From Nymphaea colorata (lineage: Eukaryota): 63,930 bases of DNA. The notes beneath the pieces were generated by a model that saw nothing but the letters and a program-made list of their open reading frames with translations, was not told where the DNA came from and ran no database searches. Location: assembly GCF_008831285.2 (NCBI RefSeq), contig NC_045138.2, positions 9,424,071 through 9,488,000 of the forward strand, read 5' to 3'. Below are positions 41,201 through 56,200 of this stretch, piece by piece; the first letter of the stretch is position 1, and each line of letters starts with the position of its first letter. A program made the position numbers and the translations under genes.

Positions 41201-44200
41201 GTACCCATGTCAAACAACAAATGCTGACAAAACTCTTAAAAGGTGAACCTGGTTCTTAATGTTGAGAATGTCCAGTAAGTTGAATGGTGGTGATAGACTA
41301 TAAGGGTTTAATAATCTTTTTCCAAAATGATGGTATATGAGATGGTCTATGCCAGGATAAAGAAACTCATAATGTTCTGAACTATGTAACTTACTGACAA
41401 GCAACAAGGACTCACAAAACAGTCACTGCACGTGAGCTGACACAATTCTGTCGAGGGTGTGCAAGTGAGGCTCCTGTGCAGCGATCAACAACAATTTGAT
41501 TTCTTCTTTAGCGAATGTTTGATAGGGTGAAGGCTTGTTAATTGTTTACTTTGCTGTTTACGAACAATTTGTGTGTGTGTGTGTGTGTGTGTGTATATGC
41601 ACCTGCATCCTGCACTTGTGTGAAATTGTCTATCACTACTTAACACTACGGTACCCAAATAATAAGCATCTATGCGACCAATTTATTAGACAATCATAAA
41701 CTTACATACCCAACAAATTTAGTTAAAGGACTTCATTACTAGAAGAAGCTTACCACAAGAGTTGTAAAGGAAATCAGGATGCCGAAAACCAAGATCCCAT
41801 TTACAGCCCCAATAAATCGCTGGCTGAGAAAAAAGGAAAAGGATAACTAAGATAACCTCGAATGGAACAAAGAAATCAGTCCCACCAAACTGATCACCTG
41901 CAGAAATTTTTCAGCATTTAGAAGACTGAAAAGTAGATGCCAGTTTTCTCTATTTAAATTTTAAACGCACAAGATTTAAAAGTGGCCTTTGTACACAAAT
42001 ATTGCAGCACCAGACAAACCTAGGGAATAGCTCTCCAAAAAGACCTGGGCAGCACCTAGGCTGGCCAAAAACAGTATATAAAAGGAAAAAGTAAGGAAGA
42101 AGAGGGAGGAGAAGAAGAAAATGAGGAAAAAATAAGAAAAGGAAAAAAATGAAAAGACGTACAAGTAGGAGGGAAAAAATTGAAACAATTTTCTGACTTA
42201 GGCATCTAAATGGCCTAGCCTAGTCAAAAAGGTGAGCCCACAGCTTAGGTGTGCTTTTGAGTACTAAGCCTTTTTATAATGACAGAATTTGCCGGAAAGG
42301 TTACATGTCAACTTGGAAAATGTAATTTCCTAACAAAGCAGAAAATGAAATACAAATAAAAACCATAGTCACAAAAAACATTCTCGCATTTTAAAGAGCG
42401 AGGTTTTTTTGGGGTATAATACAGCGAGCTTGAAAAAAATGGAAAAAATATGGTAAATTTTTAAGAATTTTATAAAATCCTAAAATTGGGAAAAAAATAA
42501 AATAAGTGAGAAAGTAATAGCAGACATCAAAAAGTAAGCAAATAAGCAACAAAAAAAAAGAAAAAAAGGCAGCTCAGAATTTAAAAACATGAAAAAAAAC
42601 AACTAAAATGAAAAAAAAAAAGAAAAAAAACGTGCTCTTTTGTCACTTTTTTCAGTTTGGCTTTTTTTAAAAAAAAAGTGTTTCTTAAAGTTTTAAATGG
42701 TTGACTTATTTATTGTATTTTATATGCATTTTTTCTGAAAAAATGAGTTTTCTGTGACTATGACAAAAACCATTTGATGCAAAATCCAAGAGGTTAAAAA
42801 GGAATAGGCCAAATTCCTCAAATCTTGAAACACCAGAATGTTGAAACAAAGAAGCAAAGGGGTAGTATTCACCAGCTTTTGCTATATTTTTAATAAACTT
42901 AAAATCTAAGGTTTCTTTATTAGCCTAGACAAAAGCAAACAGATGCAACTAAATCAAAGGACGCCCATTATTAATATTATTATTATACTAATTGGTTTCA
43001 TCTCCAAGGCATGGAAAGTAAGAGATAGAATCAATTTATGTGAGATAAACATCAAAAGGATTTGATTTTCCTTCAACTTAGATTGATATTATTCAGCGCA
43101 ATTTTTTTATCAGCCTAAATTTCTCCTATGTAAAGATGTTAATTAGCTTCCACAATGAATTCTTGACCTTCTGCAAGTGCAATGCATTTGACTACTATTT
43201 CACAGTTCATTACATACGTGGAGCTTAAGAAGTGATTAACTGGTATATTTGCCACAGCTAGCCTAACCTCATAGATGACCTGGATATAAGTTTAGAGGGC
43301 ATTCAAGGAAACATGTGATTCTCTTTAAGAATTAGACAGTAAATCAGTAATGAAGGACAGGCACAGTACCTTCCAAAATAACATATACTACCAAAAACTG
43401 ATGTAAACAGCAGAGCGCTTTCCCATCTGCAATAAAATGTGCATCTCTGACTTAAATTCTGTCAATGGAAAACGAGAAGATGCACACACTGCATATTAAT
43501 GTAGAATCCTTTGAGATGTAATGCTATCTACACTAGTCAAGTGAGAGAAATAATGTGCGGAAAAAAACCAAAAAGAAGAGAAAACAAAAGAATCTAAAAG
43601 AAAAAAAAAAGGAATGCCATATGCAACATGATGACCTTCCATTAGTCATTCCAATAAAGCACTTAAATCAGTACTAGAAATGTGTATATTTTTGAGCTTG
43701 TTTTGACGAATGACTGTAACAGACGGACCACCAACCTACTTAATCTGATACCTTTTTGTTCCTTAGAATATTTAACGTTTCAACAGAAAAAGGACAGTAA
43801 GAAAGACAAGATAATAAAATCACTGTCCTGATTATTTTCAATTTTTGCTTTGCATATCCCTACTGGTGAAACAAACAGTAATTTTTGTCCTCTCTGTGAG
43901 AGTTATATAATGTGACTGTTGAATAACATTTATGTTAGGTGGTGTTTTGAATATTTAATGGTTATAGAAACAACTCTTTATTAATAATTGCTTTAGTCTT
44001 GGACTTATTTTCTAATTTGTTGGTCTCACCCTAACATGAGATTAGGACAGATTAAGAAGTATCAAATTAGTTTCTCTCTCTCTCTCGACCTCTTCTCTTC
44101 TCCCTTCTGGCCTCACGCAACGTGGCATCAGAGCCCAATCCTTCTTGAGACTGACACCTATTCCTCTCCATCGCCATCCTTATCGTACCCATCTTCTTCC

Positions 44201-47200
44201 TCTTCTTCTATTCTATTTCTCGTTGTGGGTAAAATAGTTGAATCGTGCCTGTTGGGCTTGATCTAGGGTTTTCTTAACAAAAATAAATAAATCAATCAAT
44301 CAATCAATCAAAAACCTAGATCGATGCCTTGTTGAAGTGGACGTGGATGCAATGTAGTTAATTGGTCTTCAAGTTGGATGGACGCCAAACTACATCAGTC
44401 GAGCAACATGGTTCGAAATTCCCACCAAACAGGTGTCTTCCTTTGATAAGTTTCGGCATGTCTCTTCTCTCCTTTCTTCCCCACCTGGTGTTCTCTATCG
44501 TGACTTCCAGCAGATTGTGGGAATAGCAGTAAGATTTAGAGGAGTCTAATCATGTCGATGTGGAATACGTGATCAAACCCTCACATGGTGGCGTGGCGTG
44601 GATGTTAGGTCTGTTATATGTGATCAGACTGTCGTGAACTACATGTGGAGTTAAAACGGAGAATGAAAATGAGTGAAGATGACAAGTTTTCTGTCTGCCG
44701 TGGACCAACCTTCTACGTTGTAAAGTGGTATTTTTTTTAATCAGCAGGAAGTTCTTAATTATTGCTGCCGCATGGTTCTTGTCAATCTGCGGGAAGTACT
44801 TATTTATTTTTGCATCTTCTAGTCAATCTGTGTAGTTCTGTTTTTTGTGTTTCACGAGGAACCTTGGACAGCAATTTAATATGGCAGACATCACTGAGAT
44901 TGAGTCTCATAATGAATACAAAGTTGTTGAGAATTCCTTCTTTTATGGTTCTAGTGTGAAATTAGATGGTCACAACTATGAAATTTGGTGGAGTATGTTC
45001 ATGATGCTTGTAGTAGGACATCAAAAAGACCACATCATTGAAGAAGAAGAACCAATTGTTAAAATAGGAAAGTATACCATATGAAAAGAAAATAATAGTA
45101 TTGTTATGTCATGGATTATGAATAATGTGCAATCTGATATTGCTCCTACCCTTGCTTACTACACGACTGCCAACACATGTGGACATTCTTGAGGCAGACT
45201 TATGACAAGAATGTTTCAAAAATTTTACAATTTGAGGAGTTGTTCAATTATGTCACCTAAGTGTCGGGTGCCGGAGCGGCACATCTCAAAAAATTTAGGT
45301 GCGGCGGTGCGGCAAAGGTATTTTATTATTATTATTATTATTATTATTAAATTTATTATATATATAACAGAATAAGAATGTATATATTATTTTTACAATT
45401 TAGTTATTAATGTATATAACATACTTGCATAATGTATTGCATAGGAAAATATCATAACATATATTATATATAGTAATTGAGTAATAAGACATACTAACAG
45501 TCTAACATAAAACATAAAAAATTGATAGAATCATAGAAGCAGAAATTGAAAATTTGAAATTAAAACTTCAAAAGAACAAACACTAACCAAAACTGGTCGG
45601 CTGCATAATGCATATATAAAAAAGCTTATTTTATATATTATAAGTTTATAACATGATAATATATCACTATATTAGTTGCAAAGTATATATGCACGGCCGC
45701 TTATGTACAAGACTGACAATATATATTTGTTAGTTGAACTTTGAAACTTTTATAGTAGATTCAAGAACAACTGAACAAGCATCTAAAATGAAATGCTAAA
45801 ATGTATACAACAATAATACCAAAAAATGGGACACATTTAGACCGGACGCGGGTTGACCGCACACGACTCGAGTTTGACGTGAGTCGGGTGCGTGTCAAAA
45901 CTGGACAAATATAGTATGGTGCATCCGACTTCGTGTTGATTGGGCTCAGGTGCGAGTCGGAGCTGCACCCATGTCTGGTGCACCCGACTCGACACGACTT
46001 GGGTGCGACAGTAAAATAGAAGAGTCTGTGTGACTTAGTTGCTCAAACTGCAGGAAGGTGACTTGGAATTGTCTTAATAGTAATACTTTGCTTTGGTTAA
46101 AGCAACATACGAACGATTGAAGGCCCTTCGACCTCCTTGTCAGGCATGCTACAAGACTCATTTCGAGTTCGAGCAAACAATGGTGGCAAAGTTCTTGGCT
46201 GGTCTGCCACCTAAGTTTGAGATAGTTAAAGTGTTGTTGCTTAATGGAGCAAAGATTCCAAATCTTGCTGAGGCATATAACAGACAAATTGGTTGTTTGT
46301 CTCTCTCTCAGCCTCAGAGTGAGGCTCCTACTCCTACTGCTGCCATAGCTGTGTCTAAAAGGCATGGACAGGCCACAAGGGGAAGAGGCTCATGTCATGG
46401 TGTAGAGGGCAAAGAGCGATTTCAGTGTACATACTATTGAAAATTGGGACCTTTAGAAGATAGGTGTTGGGACAAACATGGTCGTCCTGTTTCCACTTCT
46501 CAGGGCAAAGGATTTAGTAGAGGGACCTTCACTTCTCAGGTTCCTGTATGTTTTGCCCAGGCCGCTACACCACTTGGAGAGACTCCTTCCAAGACGACTC
46601 CTGATAGCTCTATTATGACCATGAGCAAGGTAGAGTATGATCAACTTATGGCTCAGCGGTCTCTCCCTATCACGACATTTGCAGCTACCTCCATTGTTGT
46701 GATGGATTCTTCTTTATCTGTTGGTAATACTTCCCGTCAACTGTCTTCAAGTGAGCATCTGTTGGAGCATGCATGAACTGACTCATCACATTCACAACAA
46801 AGGTAATATTAGGTCTAGTGAGAGTAAGATAGATCAACTTTCCAACCAAGACATTGACACCTTCCCTTGGCCTCTTCACAGAGAGGTTCTCCATCTCTAA
46901 TACTGAGCTTGTGTCCAGCATCCAGAGGAGTAGAGGCGGGTCTACATGCCAGTTTTCCAGTCTCTTTTAGTGAATCTAAAGTATACTTTCGTTGATTCAA
47001 CACAAGGCTCCTGCCTGATCTAGGGATTTCAATACCAAGAAAATATCTTAACTTGCCAAGGTGCTTGAGATCAAACTCAACAACCAATAACTCCTTTAAT
47101 TTTGTTATTTCATTTTCATCATCACGTGTAACAATCATATCAACATAAACTAACAAAAAGTAACTTTATGTTTCTTCCTCTTCACAAAGAGAGTATGATC

Positions 47201-50200
47201 TTTATTTCCTTGATTATAACCATGTTGTCTCATAACTAGTCTGAGACGCTCAAGCCATGCTTGGGGAGATTGCTTGAGCCCATACAACGCTTTCCTCAGT
47301 TTGCAGCATTTTCCCGGTTCCTCATATCCTGCGGGCATACACATATACACATCCTCTTCAAGGTCTCCATTGAGAAAACATTTTTAACGTCAAGTTGGTA
47401 CATTTTCCACTCCTTTATCACTGCTAAAGAGATAATAACTCTAACAGTCTTCATCTTTGCAACAGGAGCAAAAGTCTCCAAATAGTCAATCTCATATTTT
47501 TTACTGAACCCCTTGGCAACAAGGCGAGCTTTGTACCTATCAATGCTCCCATCTGGTTTGTACTTAATGGTGTAAACCCACAGGATCCAATCAGGTAAGC
47601 CGCTTCATGGATCTTTACCACCTCCCACGTCTTGTTTCTGTTCAGAGCTTCCATCTCTTCTTGCATTGCATAAATCTACTTGGAATCACTCTGAACCTCT
47701 ACGACAGTCCTGGGAATCACAACCAAAGAAAGCAATGATATAAAATACTTGTAGTCTTTGCTCAATTTAAAATATGATATGAAGTTACCAATAAGGTGTT
47801 GAGTACATGACCTGACACCCTTCTCAGGGCGATGGGTAGCTCTTTATTGGCAACATCTATCTAAAACTCTTTCTCAACTGACTCCTTCCGAGCACGACTT
47901 GCGTCATCCAGGGAAGGTATAGCATTGGGATTGAGAGTATAATTCTTCCCACCAGTCACTTCATCTATAGGCACTCTTCGCCTAAACTAAACCTGCCCAA
48001 AGAAGTGGTTACGTTCCTCCTCAATCCCAGTAGAACAACTTTCATCCTTCTCATAGTCAAGAACATATGTGACTGTACCTTGACTTTCTTCTCTTTTGTT
48101 TTCCAAAAAATCTGTGAATTGAATATCTTGACTATAAGAATACTCTTCTTGACATAGACTTCTCCCCCTGAAAAGAATTCTCACCAAAAATAGGAGACAT
48201 GTTCCAGGAAAGTGACATCCTTGATAACATAGACACGACTAATGGAGGGATCAAGACACTTATATCCCTTTTGAGTGAGAGAATAGCCAACAAATACACT
48301 CTTAGTTGACCTTGGATTAATTTTTTTAACATTAGGATTGTGATTATGAATAAAGCAGACACATCCAAAGACATGAGGTGGGAGAGGAAATGGTTGACGA
48401 CTCCCTGGTAGCATAGAATGGGGGTCCGTCCATTTAGCACACGAGTAGGCATACGATTAATCAAATATGCACTAGTGAGAACAACATCACCCCAATATTG
48501 TTTTAGAAGATTCCTTTGAAACAAGAGGGTCGTGGTGACATTAAACAACTTATGATTTTTCCTATCAGTCACCTCATTTTGGGGGGAGGAGTATAACTAC
48601 AAGACATTTCATGAACAATCCCCCTTTTTCGAAAGAAATCATCAACAGATTGACACGCATACTCACGAGCATTGTTAGACCAAAATGACTTAACAGATCC
48701 TCCATATTGGGTCTCCACAAGAATAATGGAAGTATCTATGACATTAGGCATTTCACTGCGGTCTTTCAGTAAGTATACAAAAGTATTACAAGAGCAATTA
48801 TCTATAAAGATCATAAAGTACTGAAAACCATGACGAGAATGAATTCCCGAAAGCCCCCACACATCAGAATGGATCAAGAAAAAAAACTTCATTAGTAAGA
48901 TTGGTGGAAATAGGGTATGAAACCCTAAAATGTTTAGCAAACTTATATACATCACAAGATATCATAGTCATATCCTAATTAGAACATAAATCAAAGAATA
49001 ACTATTTCAAAACTCGAAAAAGAAGATGCCCAAGATGTTCATGTCAATACAAAAACAACCGAAAGAAGTCCTCTCTTTTCTTCAGTTTTGCTGACTGTTG
49101 TCATGAGAGTTGTGGCAACACGCATGGGTAATCGATATAGGCCTTCAGACACCAAACCAATCTCAATCCTCTTCCCTGTCACCAAGTCTTGCAAAACACA
49201 ACGATTGGTAGAAAATATAAGTTCACAATTCAACTTTTTTGTAATTTTGCTGACTGACAAGAGATTCAAGGGAAGATGAGGAACATGTAAAGTATCATGT
49301 ACTAAAAATTTGTTTAAAAGTGAAAGACTCCATTTCCCAGCCACAGAGATAAAGGAACCATCTGCAAGGAAAACACATTCCTTCCCTGATGAGAGCTTAT
49401 ACTCATGAAAGAACTTCAGATTGCCAGTCATGTGATGGGTGGCACCACTGTCAACAATCCATTCAGTCATACAAGGATTACCTTTTTTCTCCAGAAATGG
49501 AGAGGAGACACGATTAATTTTCACATCATCTAATGTCTCAGCTTGGCAAGTTTCAACCTGGCTCAAGTATGCTCGGAGTGTAAATCAGGCCCAAAGAGAC
49601 AAATACTTCAAGTAAATCAAACTTGAAGCTTCCACCAACAAGTCAAACTCACAAGCGCTCAAACAAGAGGTGAAGAACTTGAATTAATCACAATAAGAGA
49701 TACATAAAGTAGGCTAAAAAGTCATGAAACAATAGAGAAGCTGCCCTATTTATAGAGGAGAGGGCCAAAGAGAAGAAGGAGGAGGCAGTCTTAACGGCTA
49801 GAAATCTAGCCGTTGGGACTAGTCTCCCTCTAGGTAAAACAGAAAAAGGAGAGGGATAAAAGGGGAAAAACAAAAAATAAACTAAAAGAAAAGATACATA
49901 AAGAAAGTAAAAATTACATAAGTGTCCTAAGTACCCAAAAGATATAAAATATATATACATATAAAGCATATATTAGATGACTAATATATGTGATATATAT
50001 AAATATATATATATGTATACATTTGGGATACATACATTCTAACACCCCCCCCCCTCAAACTTACGGTGTGATAACCGAAAGTTTGCCAATGAGAAATTTG
50101 AATCTGGTAGCAGCAAGAGCTTTAGTGAAAAAGTCACCAAGCTGATACTCTGATCAAACATAGGAGAGATCAATGTTTTTCTGCAAGAATTCTTCACAAG

Positions 50201-53200
50201 ATCTTTGATGAACGATGCCTTTTTTTTTTAGAAATTGTTGAAATTCATTTGGCATAAATTCTCCTCCCGAATCACTTCTAAAGATTTTGATATTTGAGCC
50301 AAATTGGGTATAGATCATGTTGTAGAAATTCTTAAAGTTGGTGAAAACCTCCAATTTATGTTTGAAAAATTAAACCCAAGTATGCCTAGAATAATCATCA
50401 ATAAAGATCACATAGTACAATAATCCTCCTTTTGACATAATAGGAGCGGGTCCCCGCACATCCGAATGCACTAAATCAAAAGATTTTTGGGCAGTAAAGT
50501 TTATATTATCAAAAGGTAATGCCTTCATTTTAGCCTTAATACAATCATTACAATCAAAGTTCTTTTGACAAAAATTCTCCATGAAGGGAAGATGAGACAT
50601 TTTTTCTATATTGGAATGTTTGATGCCAAGTTTGAATGTCACATTCTTTGGAGATATTGCAAGATGGTCTTGAAAGGTTCAAAAAGTCTATGTAGTAGAG
50701 ATCTTTTGTTCTAAAACCTTCCCCAATCGTCTTCTTGGATACTCGGCCCTGTATCAAACATTTGGATTGTGAGAAGATTATATCAAAACCAAGGTCGGCT
50801 ATTTGAGAAACGGACAAGACAATAAAGTTAAACTTAATTTAGGAATGTGTCTTACTTGAGGTACTTTTAAAGTTTTGGATCCAAAAGCTAGGTCAAGATT
50901 TCCAATAAAATCAATTTCAAGAGAAGTATCATCCGTCGTTTTCACAAAGAAATAAGAATCATTTTTAGTGCATTCGGTGAGAAGGGATCCACAAGGAGTC
51001 GTATGAAAAGATGCACCCGAATCAATAATCCAAGAATACTTACTTGAAGAAGTAGATGCCACGGTAGCTCCCAAAGTTGAAGGTGTGCCTCTTCCCTTTA
51101 GAAAAGGTTGAAGAGCACTTATGAGTTGGTCAAGTTGGAATGAGCTTGCTTCTTTTCTTTCTTCTTGAATTGGAGCCGCACCATTGCTTCTTTTGTCAAA
51201 AGTTCTAAGTTTTGGACATCCTGGCTTGGTATGTCCTTCTTCTTGACAATGATAGCAAATAACTTTTCTTCTTGGTCCTTCATTTGTACGATTGAAGTGA
51301 GAAGGTCTATAAGGTCTCAAATGGGCCCCCGGCCTAGATGTGGCAAGCACATTGTTGACTTTCTCTTTATCAAGACAAAGACGATTTTCATCCATTTGAA
51401 GCTCCGCAATAGCCTCATTCATAGATGGTGTTTTAGAGCGATGTAGTAAAGTTGTTTTAACACCATCAAATTCAGGTCTAAGACCTATAATAAACTTGTA
51501 AAACTTGTCACGTTGTATTTGCTTTTCTCTAAGAATAAGTTCTTGTGTCCAATGTGGTTCAAAAATACTTAATTCATCATACAATTGATCCATTTCAACC
51601 ACATAATCTTTAATGGATCTATCTTCTTGTTGAAGATTGTGAATTTTGAGTTGAACATGATGCATATAAGCAACATCTCTCAAATATGAGTTTTCTTTAG
51701 ATACTCCCAAACTTCTAGGGCAGAATTTAATTTAGAGATTTGCCAGTTAGTAGCTTTGTCAACACAAGTCAAGATCCAAGTAATAATTTTGTGATGACCA
51801 ACACTCCATTCTTCTCATTTCTTGTTGTATTCTGCCACTACTTTTTCTTTTTCGGTTCCATCCAATTCCATAGCTCTTCCATCAACAACTTTAGTAAGGA
51901 CTAGTTGTGGTTCAAGTTTTGTCTCATCAACTAGTCCCCAAAGGCTTTTACTACGAATAAAATGTTCCATAGTTCTAGCCCATTGTATATAGTTTGTTGA
52001 TGAGAGTTTGGGAAATGGAAGAGATGAGACTTTGTCATCCATGATCAAAATCAACAAGGTAATTCCACTTACAAGTTATGACGAAGCTGGCTGCCACGTG
52101 AGAAGAAGTCCACGACAATAAAAGAATCCAGTCACCCTTCTTCTTGTATAACACTTGTATGTTTGAGATGACGAAAAAATGAAGAAAAACAGCCACAATC
52201 TTCACCACCAATAGAGGCCAGCAAAATAACACCTCCGCCACAATCTTTACCACCAATAGAGGCCAGCAAAACAGCACCTTCTTGTGTCAATAATCAGCTA
52301 GCAATAACGTCGAGCACTTTGAGTGCTTCACGGCTCCAAAGAAGGAGTAAAAGCTGAAACTTCAAACTGAAGGACAACAAGATGAATAGCCAAAACCCGG
52401 CTCTGATACCATGTAAATTAGGCCCAAAGAGACAAATACTTCAAGTAAATCAGCCTTGAAGCTTCCACCAACAAGTCAAACTCACAAGCCCTCAAACAAA
52501 AGGTGAAGAAGAACTTGAATTAATCACAATAAGAGATACATAAATAGGCTAAAAAGTCATATGAAACAATAGAGAAGCTGCCCTATTTATAGAGGAGAGG
52601 GCCAAAGAGAAGAAGGAGGCAGTCCCAATGGCTAGAAATCTAGCCATTGGGACTAGTCTCCCTCTAGGTAAAACAGAAAAAGGAGAGGGATAAAAGGGAA
52701 AAAACAGAAAATAAACTAAAAGAAAAGATACATAAACAAAGTAAAAATTACATAAGTGTCCTAAGTACCCAAAAGATATAAAATATATATACATATAAAG
52801 CATATATTAGATGACTAATATATGTGATATACATAAATATATATATGTATACATTTGGGATACATACATTCTAACACGGAGCTCACGAATCTGTTCAGCA
52901 GAGATAGATGTTTTTCCTCCACTAGGTTCAGTCACACCAGAACTAGGCTTCTTCTCGCTAGAAGACTTCCCACGACCATTCTTCTTTTCATGATGCAAAT
53001 GCAAGATTTTGATATCTAATACCAAATCACCGAATGAACTTAGATGCAAGAGGAGGAAGAGAGAAGTGGGCTGCACGTCCAAGCAAGAGAGAGATGAAAG
53101 AGAGCAGCAACAAATGACGTCTGCCTCTTGTTATCATTATATACTAATCACGATTTAGGGTACATCATAAAATACACAAAATAACAATAAGATTTACATG

Positions 53201-56200
53201 TATGCCATCCCCCATGATGTGTTGGGCATGTGGATCAAATGGGTCGGGTCTGGATGACCTGATCCATATGTACAAACTTAACAGCAAATCCCAACAAAAC
53301 TCTACAGTATGACCGGTTTTCTTGCAGTGAAGACATTTACGGGAAGATCGAGTGGCTCCCACAGGAGCCTGGCTAATCAGGGCAGACCTCTCTGTGTATG
53401 AGATATGGGCCTCTTTCCTCCCTGTAATAACAAGTCGTCTTTGCTCTTCAACTTCAACACGAGAGTAGACATCTTCAATGCTACACAGTCCCTCTGAATT
53501 GATAATCTGACTCCTTATGCCTTCGAAATCATTGTTGAGCCCTTCTAAGAATACAAACACCCTGTTCTTCCATTCTTTGGTCCAATAACACAGCTGGTCC
53601 TGAGGACAACTCCAAGCATCATCGGAGAAGTAGTCGAGTTCTTCCCACTTTGATTTCAACATCGCATAGAAATCAGTCACGGAAAGTTCCGCTTGTCGTG
53701 GGGCACAGACATCGTTCATTAACATCAACACACGAACATCCTTCTTCATTTGGCCATACATTTGTTCTAAAATGCACCACATCTCTCTAGCAATCCTCTT
53801 ACGAAGAATAAGAGGTTGAATATTAGAAGAAAAAGAGTTATCAATTCAAGTTTTTACTTGATTGTCTTCAAGAAACCATGTATCCCATGTTGGGCTAGTC
53901 CCAGGAGGTTCAACTTTCTTCTCATTGACATAGGCAATTCGCCTCCGACCAGCAATCCTCATAGTGATAGTAGCGGACCACTGAAGATAATTATCCTTAG
54001 TAAGACGAATAGTAGTAACCTGAACAGGCATATTTTCAGTTATAGGGACCCCAACATCTGCCTGGTCAGTATTAACAGAAGAGGAGGCTGATTCCGCCAT
54101 CCCTGCAGTAATTTGACAGTCAAGGATCGATGAAAAATATGCCTGAGACACGCAGCAACGAACAAACCATAACAATAACAGAAGATAATACCAGAGAGAG
54201 GTCACTTGCTGAAACGAGGACAAGGAGGCAGCACAGCAGATGGGTCGCATGACTGCAGAGCGAGTCGAGTGACGTAGAGGCTCAAGGAAGGCGAAGCAGT
54301 AGGATAGGCAACTCTGATCAGACAGACGATGTTCATAGACGCTGAGGACATTGGCAGCTCAGGCAATGGACAGCGACTGAACGCTGTGCAGTAGGTGGAA
54401 GCTATGGAAGATGCTGTCGTTGATCAGAGCAGGGCACTCGCTAGACAAGGCGACACAGCAGAGAGCTGCAGCAATAGAAAGTGGCACCGGCAGGGAGTGG
54501 CGATGGCAAGGAGCGTCGTCTGGCAGAAACGCAGAAACAAGGCGACCCTTGGCGAAGCACTGCAGAGGCCCTGCGATCGACTCACCTAAGCTCCACAATT
54601 GAGACATCTGACGGCAGAGAACACAAGAGACACCAGCACACACCGTCTAACGATAGGTGAAGAGAGCCTGGGCGACAGCAGGTCAGGCAGCAGAACAAAT
54701 GGCCAGCGACCCACGCGACAGCTGAAGCATGGAGGCGACGATGGAGGAGCAGGCAACACTTGACGTTGGCGACGTTAGACGCTAGGGCATTTGGAGGCGA
54801 ACAGCAGGCGACGGGAAACAAAACAAGCTATCGCCGGCGAGAGGAGACACGATGGATGTCCAAACAAAATCCCAAAAACTTGTTGGCTCTGATACCATGT
54901 TGAAATAAAAAACGGATGGAACAGCAATGTAAAGTGGAAAAACCCCCAACTTGAAGGAACTTGAAGGAAAATACCACGAATTGAGGAGGTTTGACACCCA
55001 CTAGCTGCCAGACTCTCTCTCTCTACTAAATTTTCATTCACACACTGAAAATAGGATTACATAGGTATAAATAGAACCCAACAAAACTACAGAGTGGATC
55101 AGATCTAGACCCAGACCCGATAACCCAAAACAACCAAACACGTCAACCGCTTGAAACAAAGTCCTCGTGCTTGGTTTCACAAATTCTATAAAGTTGTGTT
55201 AGAATGTAGCTTGAAGAGGTCTCAATTGGACCATTCTTTGTTCATCAAAAAAGGATCTAGAGGTATAGTTGTGCTAGTGGTGTATGTTGATGATATTATT
55301 TTGACATTCAATGAATGTAAGCAGGAGGTAGCTCTAACAATGAAATTTCTACAAAAACACTTTGTTATTAAAGATTTTGGCCAGCTATGGTATTTCCTTG
55401 GCATTGAAGTTGCTTGTAGTAAAGAAGGAGCACTGTTATCACAAAAGAAGTATGTTCTTGAAAGATCTTTTACAGGACACAGGGATGCTAGGAGATAGAC
55501 CTGCAACTCTTCCTATGAACCCATGGGTACATCTATATGATGATGAATCAGAAGAGATAGCTTCACAAGCCTACAGATCCTTGATTGGTAAGCTTCTTTA
55601 TGTAACAATGACTTGGCAAGATATTAGCTTTGTTGTAGAAAAATTAAGTTAATTCATGTACTGGACCAAAAAAGTCACATTAGGATACAACTATGTTGAT
55701 TGTCAAATATTTAAAATCATTCTCTGGCAAAGGCCTTTTCTTCAAAAAAGGCACATCTCTTGATGTTGAAGGCTTGAAGCTTATAGCATTGTCACATATA
55801 TCGTGTACGGGCATTATACGGCGAGGAATTTCTCGAGTATAATACGACAAAGTTGTATATATCGGGAAAATCTTGGCAAATTTTAAAAAAAAATAAAAAA
55901 TTTAATAAATCTTGCAAATTATAAAAAATAAAATTTAATAAAAAAATACAAAAAAAGCAAAAAAAACACATATAATATGTATTTTTTCATGTTTTTTATT
56001 TTTTGGCTTTTTTCTAAGAATATGTGTCTACTTGCCGTTTTATACAGCTGTCTTATTTTTCAAAAAAAAAATGCGTTTTTGTGACAATGGCTTATAGTGA
56101 TGCAAATTATGCAAGCTCAGTTGATGAGTGGAAGTTTACCATAGGTTTTGTGTGTTTATGGAAGGAAATCTCATATCCTGGACGAGTAAGAAACAAAATA

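Larger units (their letters stand above)
46730..55148 (-). mobile_element. Copia element B inserted in A; 3' end (RNase H, 3' LTR) deleted
   Basis: 5' LTR 55148-54898; PBS TGGTATCAGAGCC 54897-54885; gag with zinc knuckle [14 protein letters not shown]; protease [11 protein letters not shown]; integrase [19 protein letters not shown]; ends abruptly at ~46730. Confidence 0.92.

Noticed and set aside
52190..52280. ~45-bp direct repeat
   Set aside because: Ordinary short duplication in the leader of copia C.
54300..54880. Overlapping GC-rich ORFs
   Set aside because: This is the 5' leader of copia B between PBS and gag; no protein motifs.
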